A stretch of 43,033 bases of DNA, taken from IMG/VR virus record IMGVR_UViG_3300025291_000005, positions 1 through 43,033 of that record. One strand, 5' to 3'. The notes beneath the pieces are model-generated. The model ran no database searches. It was not told the DNA's origin and worked only from the letters and a program-made list of their open reading frames with translations. The stretch is from a virus. Position numbers and translations under genes: made by a program. Shown piece by piece: positions 27,245 through 34,516 of the stretch (position 1 is its first letter; the number at the start of each line of letters is the position of its first letter).

Positions 27245-27274
27245 AATGCGATCATCCTTACGGGTGGTCGCATT
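27245..27274 (+). other. 13-bp RNA hairpin (aatgcgatcatcc/gggtggtcgcatt) that pairs fully only on the + strand
   Basis: Two positions are G-U pairs on the + strand and would be A-C mismatches on the - strand. Confidence 0.5.
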
Positions 27275-27290
27275 CGTAGTTTCTGGGGAT

Positions 27291-27324
27291 ATTCTGTTTT
27301 TTTGAGAATCTTTAAAAACAGAAT
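27291..27324. promoter_or_regulatory. Perfect 11-bp inverted repeat attctgttttt N12 aaaaacagaat; candidate AimR operator or leader hairpin
   Basis: Lies between aimP and the AimX-position ORF. A third AGAAT half-site occurs at 27305-27309. Confidence 0.4.
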
Positions 27325-27363
27325 TTATGGTAATAAATTACAATATTTCTGGAGGGGTTTGGG

Positions 27364-27501
27364 ATGACTAAAGAGCAATTAGAAAAAGAATTAATAGAAA
27401 TTGAAAACAACTTACAAGGAATCTTTAATACAGCACATAACGGCAATGCAGAATCATATGAGATGTTATTAAAAATAAAAGAGGCGATCGGTAGCATTTA
27501 A
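27364..27501 (+). CDS. Small ORF at the AimX position (45 aa: MTKEQLEKELIEIENNLQGIFNTAHNGNAESYEMLLKIKEAIGSI)
   Basis: Not in the ORF track. It has the strong RBS ggagggg and is convergent with the CI-like gene. Confidence 0.45.
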   Translation: MTKEQLEKELIEIENNLQGIFNTAHNGNAESYEMLLKIKEAIGSI

Positions 27502-27516
27502 CGCTATCAATCGCCT
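27482..27516. terminator. Hairpin shared by the convergent AimX-position ORF and the CI-like gene
   Basis: Arms aggcgatcggtagc and gctatcaatcgcct (14 bp, one mismatch and one wobble). A T-run follows only in the minus direction. Confidence 0.5.
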
Positions 27517-27857
27517 GATATTTTTACTAGTCTTTTTATCATCTCGATAAGTTCTTTTTGTTTTTCTGGATTCTTAGATCGTATATCCTTCATCACTTGT
27601 TCCAAGTCGTCCTTAGCTGTTATATCAGGATTCCTTTCATCAGATTCACCTAAAATATAAGCTACAGACACATTGGCCAATTTAGCAATTTCCAAAGTTA
27701 GTCTTTTAGAAGGGCATTTTTCACTTTCTTCATTTTCCCACATTGAAACGGCTGATCTACTTTGCATTCCTAACGCTTCAGCAAATTCCCTTTGACTCAT
27801 TTTTAATATATCTGTCCTTATTTCTTTTACTCGTCTACTAATTAGTTTGTAATCCAT
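27507..27857 (-). CDS. CI-like XRE-family repressor (116 aa)
   Basis: Starts MDYKLISRRVKEIRTDILKMSQREFAEALGMQSRSAVSMWENE and is divergent from the cro-like gene. The track start at 27998 is an unsupported extension. Confidence 0.8.
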   Translation of the reverse strand: MDYKLISRRVKEIRTDILKMSQREFAEALGMQSRSAVSMWENEESEKCPSKRLTLEIAKLANVSVAYILGESDERNPDITAKDDLEQVMKDIRSKNPEKQKELIEMIKRLVKISGD

Positions 27858-27943
27858 TTTTTTAATCCCCTTATTAGTTATTAGTAATCCTAAGCTTACT
27901 AATGATATAAAAACTTCTCTTATAATTAAATTTAACAAAAATG

Positions 27944-28033
27944 TTCTCAAAATGACAACACTTTTTCTTAAAATGACAGCACTTATAAAATTTTTCATAT
28001 TTTTTAAATTTAGGGGTTCTCAAAATGAGACCT
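27944..28033. promoter_or_regulatory. Three related operator repeats in the CI/Cro intergenic region, plus a rightward promoter
   Basis: The repeats are ttctcaaaatgacaaca (27944), ttcttaaaatgacagca (27965) and ttctcaaaatgagacct (28017). The third overlaps the -35 of ttctca-18-tatact (28041-28046). Confidence 0.55.
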
Positions 28034-28079
28034 CTTATGTTATACTCAAAACAACGAAACAAACAAAGGGTGAAACCAA

Positions 28080-28277
28080 ATGAAATTGAACACTGACAAG
28101 ATAAAAAACCTGAGGTATTCAAAAGGATTTACTCAATCCGAAGTAGCTCAGGCGTTAGGTTATACAAATAGAAATTCTTATTCGCAAGTCGAAACAGGGA
28201 AGCGCGAACCTAACTTACATAGAATATCCCTGTTAGCAAATTTATATGATGTGAAGATCGATGAATTGATTAATTAA
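28080..28277 (+). CDS. Cro-like XRE HTH protein
   Basis: 65 aa carrying FTQSEVAQALGYTNRNSYSQVETGKREP. Confidence 0.8.
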   Translation: MKLNTDKIKNLRYSKGFTQSEVAQALGYTNRNSYSQVETGKREPNLHRISLLANLYDVKIDELIN

Positions 28278-28297
28278 ATTATTTTTTTGGTCAAAGA

Positions 28298-28312
28298 GTC
28301 TCAAAAAGAGAC
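28298..28312. promoter_or_regulatory. Fourth operator-like palindrome gtctcaaaaagagac
   Basis: It has the same TCTCAAAA-GAGA core as 28019-28031 and lies between cro and the antirepressor gene. Confidence 0.4.
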
Positions 28313-28346
28313 GTCTTAAAAAGTGAACTATTAAGGAGGAAAGAAA

Positions 28347-29126
28347 ATGAATCAATTACAAAAATTCTCACACAACATGTTCGGCAACTTAGAAATTCTT
28401 ATTAAAGAGGGGAAGGAATACTTCCCGGCAACAGATGTTGCAAAGTCGCTTGGGTATTCAGATCCACGTAAAGCAGTTAAGCAACATACGAAAGAAGACG
28501 GGTGGGTGATTTGCCCAGTGGTCCTTGAAGGGAAAAATCAAACGGTTGATAAGAAATTCATCAACGAACCCAATCTATACCGCTTAATCGTTAAATCAAA
28601 ACTTCCACAAGCAGAACAATTTGAAAAATGGGTGTTTGAAGAAGTACTTCCTTCTATTAGAAAACACGGAGCATACATGACAGATCAAGCTCTCGAACAA
28701 GCGGTAACTAACCCAGACTTCATGATTGGACTTCTTACCAACTTAAAAGAAGAACAAGCAAAACGCCTTGAAGCTGAACGCAAAATCTTACAGCAACAAC
28801 CTTTAGTAACATTCGCTGAAGCAGTTAAGGTATCAGTAAACACAATCTTAGTAAAAGACCTAGCAACATTATTAAAACAAAAAGGAATTGATACAGGTCA
28901 AAATAGATTGTTCGAATGGTTAAGAGAAAACGGGTACCTATGCAGTAAAGAAGGAAACATGTACAATACGCCAACTCAACGATCAATGAATATGGGTTTA
29001 TTTGAAAAACAACCTTATGTAAGAACAAACAGTAATGGTGAATTCGAAACGAAGTTCACAACAAAAGTTACGGGTAAAGGTCAGCTTTACTTCATTAACA
29101 AGTTTCTTGGAAAGGAAGCGATTTAA
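28347..29126 (+). CDS. Antirepressor (Bro-N plus KilA-C/ANT domains)
   Basis: 259 aa. The N-terminus FGNLEILIKEGKEYFPATDVAKSLGYSDPRKAV is Bro-N-like. The C-terminal TFAEAVKVSVNTILVKDLATLLKQKGIDTGQNRLFEWLR is KilA-C-like. Confidence 0.85.
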   Translation: MNQLQKFSHNMFGNLEILIKEGKEYFPATDVAKSLGYSDPRKAVKQHTKEDGWVICPVVLEGKNQTVDKKFINEPNLYRLIVKSKLPQAEQFEKWVFEEVLPSIRKHGAYMTDQALEQAVTNPDFMIGLLTNLKEEQAKRLEAERKILQQQPLVTFAEAVKVSVNTILVKDLATLLKQKGIDTGQNRLFEWLRENGYLCSKEGNMYNTPTQRSMNMGLFEKQPYVRTNSNGEFETKFTTKVTGKGQLYFINKFLGKEAI

Positions 29127-29246
29127 ATGATGGAAAACCCACTATCACTAGTAATCTTAGGATCTGTAATTTCAATTGGAAGTTACTTGATTTATAGGAT
29201 AGATGTTTGGGCAACTAAGTCGGGTTTAAAGGAGGTAAGCAAATGA
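29127..29246 (+). CDS. Small membrane peptide (39 aa)
   Basis: Not in the ORF track. The ATG abuts the antirepressor stop. The hydrophobic core is LSLVILGSVISIGSYLIY. Confidence 0.4.
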   Translation: MMENPLSLVILGSVISIGSYLIYRIDVWATKSGLKEVSK

Positions 29247-29413
29247 CACCTCAAGAGAAAGAAGCTTACATAGAACGACGTAAAGAGTGCATGGCGCACT
29301 GTTCATTTAAAGAGTTAATTGCTGATCTGAGAGGGCAGAAAGAACTGGTAATCAAATGGGATATGGAACATAAACGATGCGGTAAAGAAGTATTAGAGGT
29401 TTTGCTGAAATAG
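29243..29413 (+). CDS. Hypothetical protein (56 aa)
   Basis: Not in the ORF track. It has the RBS aaggaggt and an ATGA overlap with the upstream ORF. Confidence 0.45.
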   Translation: MTPQEKEAYIERRKECMAHCSFKELIADLRGQKELVIKWDMEHKRCGKEVLEVLLK

Positions 29414-29430
29414 GACAAGCGTTGTGCTTG

Positions 29431-29487
29431 TCATCATGATCGGGAGCGGACACCTTTCCCCCTCCACCTCGTTTCTGGTCATGATGA
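29431..29487 (+). other. Hairpin with a 9-bp stem (tcatcatga/tcatgatga) and a 39-nt C-rich loop
   Basis: The loop contains cacctttccccctccacctc, with CCUCC-type anti-SD-like motifs. Confidence 0.45.
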
Positions 29488-29509
29488 TGCGTACAGCATC
29501 AAAACAAAA

Positions 29510-29563
29510 TAAAAAACCGCCCTACCCCTAGGACGGTTTGGAGAAAACAAATGTAAATTCACT
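29510..29563 (-). ncRNA. Predicted ~55-nt minus-strand sRNA
   Basis: The minus strand has ttgttt-18-TGGTATAAT (29570-29599), then the stem aaaccgtcct/agggcggttt followed by ttttttatttt (29501-29539). Confidence 0.45.
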
Positions 29564-29613
29564 ACTTACATTATACCAAATGTCTTCTCCTAAAAACAAG
29601 GAGGAAGTTAAAT

Positions 29614-29793
29614 ATGAAAGATGGCGTAATTCTGATGTATTGCAAAGATGGTGTGTTATATCCAGTGGCATTAACGAATGAACAAAATGAAATGCTTCAA
29701 TTCACATCACGATTATTCTCACCATTAAAAGTTGTTTTTGATAAACCGCAAGGACAAGCTATCAACTTAATGGAGGGACGTAAAAATGATTGA
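29614..29793 (+). CDS. Hypothetical protein (59 aa)
   Basis: Not in the ORF track. It has the RBS aaggagga. Confidence 0.5.
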   Translation: MKDGVILMYCKDGVLYPVALTNEQNEMLQFTSRLFSPLKVVFDKPQGQAINLMEGRKND

Positions 29794-29986
29794 AAATCCA
29801 ATTACTTACGGAAATCATCACGATTCATCAGCAAGAGACTTCATCGAATATTGTTGCGGTTGTGAAGGTGAGATCTATTACGGTGAAAGTTGTTTAGATT
29901 TCGATGGTGATTACTTACACACAGAAACAGAGTGCATCAAACAATATGTAGAGTCTCGTTCTACAGAGAAAGTGGCAGGTGAATAA
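29786..29986 (+). CDS. Cys-rich hypothetical protein (possible zinc ribbon)
   Basis: Track ORF with CCGCEGEIYYGESC ... TEC. Confidence 0.55.
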   Translation: MIENPITYGNHHDSSARDFIEYCCGCEGEIYYGESCLDFDGDYLHTETECIKQYVESRSTEKVAGE

Positions 29987-30164
29987 GATGGGCCTACAAA
30001 ACAAAATCGAAATGGAAATTCAAATTCTTATGAGTTTAATAGAACGCTATAAGCAAAGTAATGAGCCAGGAGCTTTATCAATGGTTGTTGCTTATGAATA
30101 CGGATTACAGGCGCTTATGGGAGTGTATGAAGCAAGTCAGCAAGAAGAGGTGATTCTGTTTTGA
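29979..30164 (+). CDS. Hypothetical protein
   Basis: Track ORF with a GTG start; an alternative ATG lies at 29988. Confidence 0.5.
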   Translation: MNKMGLQNKIEMEIQILMSLIERYKQSNEPGALSMVVAYEYGLQALMGVYEASQQEEVILF

Positions 30165-30361
30165 AACGAGCGATAAAGGAATTACAAAAATCACTTGGAG
30201 TCGAGAAAAGAAAATTAAGTGATTACGAGTTTAAGTTAAAAAACCTAAAGGAACATGAAATTTCACTTCGTGAAGGCATAGCGGATGTGAAATTGACAAT
30301 CGTAGATATAGAGGAAACACTTTCAACTTTAGAAATCATGACAGAAGGAGCTGAAGCATAG
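30161..30361 (+). CDS. Hypothetical coiled-coil protein
   Basis: Track ORF overlapping both neighbours. Confidence 0.55.
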   Translation: MKRAIKELQKSLGVEKRKLSDYEFKLKNLKEHEISLREGIADVKLTIVDIEETLSTLEIMTEGAEA

Positions 30362-31044
30362 TGAATAGAAGCGAATCGATTGTTGAACTGGCAAAAGCAT
30401 TAGTGAAGTTCAATTCAGAGGTTAACAAGATTGCTAAGGATGCGGATAATCCTTTCTTTAAAAACAATTATGCAACATTAGACACGATTATAGATGAAAT
30501 TAGACCAATCCTTTCTAAAAACGGATTAAGCATTATGCAAATACCAAGCGGAGACGGACAGAACGTCACTTTAAAAACACTATTAATACATGAGAGTGGT
30601 GAATGGTTAGAAAGTGATGAGCTAACAATGAAGCCGGTAAAAAACGATCCGCAAGCAGTAGGGAGTTGTATCACATATGCTCGTCGATATTCATTAGCAG
30701 CATTTCTTAGCTTGAACACAGGTGAAGATGATGATGGTAACAGCGCTACTTACGGAAAAGGTAACAAGCCTAATCAGAAGAGTAATAGTGGACAAGCTCC
30801 AAATAAACCACAAGGAAACAGTGGCGGTGGCGGCAATGGTAAAGCATCAGAGAAACAAATGAAGATGATAAACGCAAAAATAGCACATGTAGCGGTCATT
30901 TCTAAAGCAGAGAAACAAACAATCGAGGATACATTAAAAAGCAAAATTGGAGTGACAAACTTAACAGAAATAAGCCCACAGATTGCCTCTAAAGCAATAG
31001 AGATACTAATCGGTTGGGAAGATCAGTACAAAAAAGCTAACTAA
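30361..31044 (+). CDS. erf: ERF-family single-strand annealing recombinase
   Basis: Carries NPFFKNNYATLDTIIDEIRPILSKNGLSIMQ ... HESGEW ... GSCITYARRYSLAAFLSLNTGEDDDG. Confidence 0.85.
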   Translation: MNRSESIVELAKALVKFNSEVNKIAKDADNPFFKNNYATLDTIIDEIRPILSKNGLSIMQIPSGDGQNVTLKTLLIHESGEWLESDELTMKPVKNDPQAVGSCITYARRYSLAAFLSLNTGEDDDGNSATYGKGNKPNQKSNSGQAPNKPQGNSGGGGNGKASEKQMKMINAKIAHVAVISKAEKQTIEDTLKSKIGVTNLTEISPQIASKAIEILIGWEDQYKKAN

Positions 31045-31058
31045 GGAGATGAAAACCC

Positions 31059-31244
31059 ATGCTGAACCATCAAATCACATCAAATGTCGTCCTCCCAGCA
31101 TGGGTTTATGAGGATGCAAAAACAGAACAAGAGATTAAGAGGAACGCTTGCAGGTATATCAATCGCATACCAAAGCGTTATCCCGGATATAGGGTTTTAG
31201 AAGTAAATGACGGTATAGCAAAATGCGAAAGGTGTGAAGATTGA
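31059..31244 (+). CDS. Hypothetical protein
   Basis: Track ORF in the early operon. Confidence 0.5.
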   Translation: MLNHQITSNVVLPAWVYEDAKTEQEIKRNACRYINRIPKRYPGYRVLEVNDGIAKCERCED

Positions 31245-31465
31245 TGTTCCGAGTTCCAGTAAGACGAGGTTCAATGACAGAAATATTAAAAGCAGTTCGT
31301 GATTTAGAAAAACGAGGTTATGACTATATAACTCCCATTAAGAAAGTGTACAGAGCGGAAAAAACTTTCTATAACGATGGGAAATTTAAAGGGAAAGACA
31401 AGATTAGGTTTACAGGCATGGATGATCATGTCAGTTACGAATGTTGGATGAAGAAGGTGAACTGA
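31241..31465 (+). CDS. Hypothetical protein
   Basis: Track ORF overlapping the upstream stop. Confidence 0.5.
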   Translation: MMFRVPVRRGSMTEILKAVRDLEKRGYDYITPIKKVYRAEKTFYNDGKFKGKDKIRFTGMDDHVSYECWMKKVN

Positions 31466-32224
31466 TTGAGCAATTTATTAATACATGAACCACCATTGAT
31501 GGTTTTGCCTTCTTTAGCGAAGGAAATTGGGTTAAATGAAGCAATAGTGTTGCAACAGATACATTATTGGCAACAAATGTCTCGTCACTTTCATGATGGG
31601 AAACGTTGGATCTACAATAGCTTTCCTAAATGGAACGAGCAATTCCCGTTCTGGAGCGAACGTACATTAAAACGGATATTTAAAAGCCTTGAAGATAGAA
31701 AGTTATTGTTTGTGGGTAATTATAACAAGTTAGCAATAGACCGGACCAAGTGGTATTCCATAAATTATGAAGTATTGAATGGCATTGGTGGACAAAATGG
31801 CACGACCATAGTGTCAAATTGGCACGATGAGAATGCCAACATGACCCGACCATTACCAGAGATTACTACAGAGAATAACAACAATAATATATATGCTGCT
31901 AAAGCAGACACGAAAAAGAAGTCTACAAAGCGTTCTTATAGTGATGATTTTGAAGAGATATGGAGTATCTATCCCAAGAAAAGAAACAAGCCTAAAGCGT
32001 ATCAACGCTATAAAGAATCTTTAGATAAAAATCACAGTCATGATGTTATTAAATACGGAATTACATGTTACGCAAAAGATTGTGAGAAACAAAATACAGA
32101 ATTACAGTACATCAAGATGCTAGAAGGCTTCCTAAATGACGAAAGGTATCTTGAGTACAAAAAAGTAGATTCAAAGCAAAAACCAAAACAAACAGCTATT
32201 TCTATTGATAATTTACTTGATTGA
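31466..32224 (+). CDS. Replisome organizer / DnaD-like replication protein
   Basis: 252 aa with a winged-helix-like N-terminus. It lies directly upstream of the DnaB-type helicase. Confidence 0.65.
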   Translation: MSNLLIHEPPLMVLPSLAKEIGLNEAIVLQQIHYWQQMSRHFHDGKRWIYNSFPKWNEQFPFWSERTLKRIFKSLEDRKLLFVGNYNKLAIDRTKWYSINYEVLNGIGGQNGTTIVSNWHDENANMTRPLPEITTENNNNNIYAAKADTKKKSTKRSYSDDFEEIWSIYPKKRNKPKAYQRYKESLDKNHSHDVIKYGITCYAKDCEKQNTELQYIKMLEGFLNDERYLEYKKVDSKQKPKQTAISIDNLLD

Positions 32225-32234
32225 GGTGTAACGG

Positions 32235-33542
32235 ATGGATAAGTACCAGGTTCATTACGAAAACGAATGCTACAGTCTTGGCATGATGATGCGAGATAAC
32301 AGTTTAATAGATGAAACGAGATTAAAACCGAAACATTACATTAATCTTCATAACAGAAACTTATTTAAAGTGATGAAGGAATTACGTAATGAGGACAAGC
32401 CGGCAGATATGAACTCACTTGCACAAGTGGGAGAAAACAGAATGGCAACGTTTGGCGGTGTAAATACATTAAGTAACGTGTACGGATTAGGAGTGCTTAG
32501 TCATAACTTTAAATTCACACAAGATAAGATGATTGAATTTGTGGCGATTGAGGAAGCATTGAACGAGGTTGAAAACTTCAAAGAGAAATCGAAGTTCGTT
32601 CACAACTCTAAACAACTGAATGAGCTGATTTCCAAGATTAATAATGTACAAGTTGCCACTATAAAGCCTCAGCCGTCTTTTAGGGAGAAGTTACAAATGA
32701 GGGTGAAACAACATAGCGAAATGCCGGAACAAGGCTTGAGTGGAACGCCAACAGGGTTTACGAGTCTTAACAAAGCATTGGACGGATGGCAGCCTTCAGA
32801 CTTAATTATTGTTGCAGCACGTCCGAGTGTCGGAAAGACAGCTTTCGTACTAGAAACAATGCGACGTGGTGCAAAAGCGAGTCCAGATTATATGGGAACA
32901 TTCTTCTCTTGTGAAATGGATGAAGACAAGATTATTGATAGATGGATTGCAACAGAAGGAAAGATTCCGGTTGCTACGATGAATAATCCAAATAAATTCT
33001 TTGCTGGAAGACAGGAGTATTGGGAGAAGTACCACAAGGCATGTGGAGAATTAACAGAACTTCCTATAGATGTTCGTTCTGAAAAAGATATTAACGAGAT
33101 CCGTGCAGTGATTCGCAAGATTGTAAAAGAGAACCCAGGAAAGAAACACCTCTTTGCAATCGATCACTTAGGACATGTGAATATCGATGAGTCATTTGAT
33201 AGTAACCATCTCAAGTTTACATACATCATGAAACAACTGAAAGATATGCAGAAGGAATTTAAGGTACCTATTATCCTCATAGCGCAGCTTAATCGTGGGG
33301 TAGAGGGTAAGCAAGATAAAGCGCCAACAATGTCCGACATTAGGGAATCAGGGAGTATAGAAGAGATTGCAGACGTGATTATCTTCCCACACCGTCCAGC
33401 TTACTTTGACAGAGAACAAAGGGAAGTGCAAGACATTCACGATGTGGAGCTAATCATTGCAAAGAACCGTAACGGGTTCGTCGGAACATTGCCGTTCCAG
33501 TTCGTTAAGAAAACGAATTTATTTATCGATAAAGGAGTGTGA
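32235..33542 (+). CDS. Replicative DNA helicase (DnaB family)
   Basis: 435 aa with Walker A ARPSVGKTAF, the AIDHLG and IILIAQLNRGVE motifs and a DIRESGSIEEIAD motif. Confidence 0.9.
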   Translation: MDKYQVHYENECYSLGMMMRDNSLIDETRLKPKHYINLHNRNLFKVMKELRNEDKPADMNSLAQVGENRMATFGGVNTLSNVYGLGVLSHNFKFTQDKMIEFVAIEEALNEVENFKEKSKFVHNSKQLNELISKINNVQVATIKPQPSFREKLQMRVKQHSEMPEQGLSGTPTGFTSLNKALDGWQPSDLIIVAARPSVGKTAFVLETMRRGAKASPDYMGTFFSCEMDEDKIIDRWIATEGKIPVATMNNPNKFFAGRQEYWEKYHKACGELTELPIDVRSEKDINEIRAVIRKIVKENPGKKHLFAIDHLGHVNIDESFDSNHLKFTYIMKQLKDMQKEFKVPIILIAQLNRGVEGKQDKAPTMSDIRESGSIEEIADVIIFPHRPAYFDREQREVQDIHDVELIIAKNRNGFVGTLPFQFVKKTNLFIDKGV

Positions 33543-33546
33543 TCTA

Positions 33547-33759
33547 ATGACAATTCTAGACATCTATACAGAAGCGAAGAAGGATGGAATCGTAAGTGTT
33601 TGGCTACTTATTGAATACCTTGTATTCGAACGAAAAGCAGTCACATTCGCTGATGAAGTGGACAAGCTAGATCGCTTCTTCGAAGACAGATTCCGAAACA
33701 AAATGAATGAGTATTTAGTAGATTACATGAAACAGCGTGGCATTAGCGCGGCAGCATAA
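33547..33759 (+). CDS. Hypothetical protein (70 aa)
   Basis: Start at ATG 33547 (MTILDIY); the track start at 33457 lies inside the helicase gene. Confidence 0.5.
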   Translation: MTILDIYTEAKKDGIVSVWLLIEYLVFERKAVTFADEVDKLDRFFEDRFRNKMNEYLVDYMKQRGISAAA

Positions 33760-33773
33760 AGGAGTGGCTAGAG

Positions 33774-34043
33774 ATGGCAAGTCAATTATCAATTGAAGAT
33801 ATATTAGGAGCTTCTGATTACTCGGCAAAGAGCACGGCAGAGCAATTCCTCGCAAACGAACCAGTTATACCAACGTATGCAGTTGAGTTCTATGACAAAG
33901 ATGAAAAGCAAAAATTACGTTGGTTTGAAGCGGAGACAGAGGGCGAAGCCAAGGGAATGGCTAGGGATAAATACGGCAGGATACAGATTATTAAGAGCTA
34001 TGTTTCGGATAGGTCACTTAAAGAAATTATGGAGTTGGATTAA
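33774..34043 (+). CDS. Hypothetical protein
   Basis: Track ORF with the RBS aaaggagtgg. Confidence 0.55.
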   Translation: MASQLSIEDILGASDYSAKSTAEQFLANEPVIPTYAVEFYDKDEKQKLRWFEAETEGEAKGMARDKYGRIQIIKSYVSDRSLKEIMELD

Positions 34044-34048
34044 GGGGG

Positions 34049-34516
34049 ATGGCTATGAAATACAAACTGGTTGCAACTTGGGAAGATTATGAAATTGCCG
34101 AGAAGAATGGCATTAGCAGACATAATGTAGATCAAAGGTTAGCTATGGGTTGGGACCTAACAAAAGCGACGACTGAACCTATTGCAAACTCATTTAAGAG
34201 AAAACATAAAAAGTATGTTGATTTAGCAGAGAAAAACGGTATCAAATACCCTACATTTTATAATCGTGTGAACGTGTATAAGTGGAGCTTACAGGAAGCA
34301 GCTACTACTCCTATTATGACAAGAGAAGACGCATGGGAAAAATCAAGAAGATTAAGATCAAAGATTCCAGATGAAATATATGTATTAGCTGAAAAGAATG
34401 GCATTGCTAAAAACACATTACAGTCAAGAGTTTTAGTTCTGAAATGGGACATGAAAACGGCAGCGACATTAAAAACAAGTAAGGGTAATAGAACGAAGAA
34501 AGGGGAATCGGTATGA
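34049..34516 (+). CDS. Protein with three ~35-aa HTH-like repeats
   Basis: The repeats are AEKNGISRHNVDQRLAMGWDLTKATTEPI, AEKNGIKYPTFYNRVNVYKWSLQEAATTPI and AEKNGIAKNTLQSRVLVLKWDMKTAATL. The start may be ATG 34055. Confidence 0.6.
   Translation: MAMKYKLVATWEDYEIAEKNGISRHNVDQRLAMGWDLTKATTEPIANSFKRKHKKYVDLAEKNGIKYPTFYNRVNVYKWSLQEAATTPIMTREDAWEKSRRLRSKIPDEIYVLAEKNGIAKNTLQSRVLVLKWDMKTAATLKTSKGNRTKKGESV

Noticed and set aside
17567-27998. N-terminal extensions given by the ORF track for several genes (17567, 22286, 24906, 25448 and 27998; also 33457 and 40342)
   Set aside because: In each case an internal ATG has a good SD at proper spacing and begins a sensible protein (for example MKKVLVIDHGNG for ParM and MDYKLISRRVKEIR for CI). 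The upstream extension overlaps a neighbouring gene or intergenic signals.
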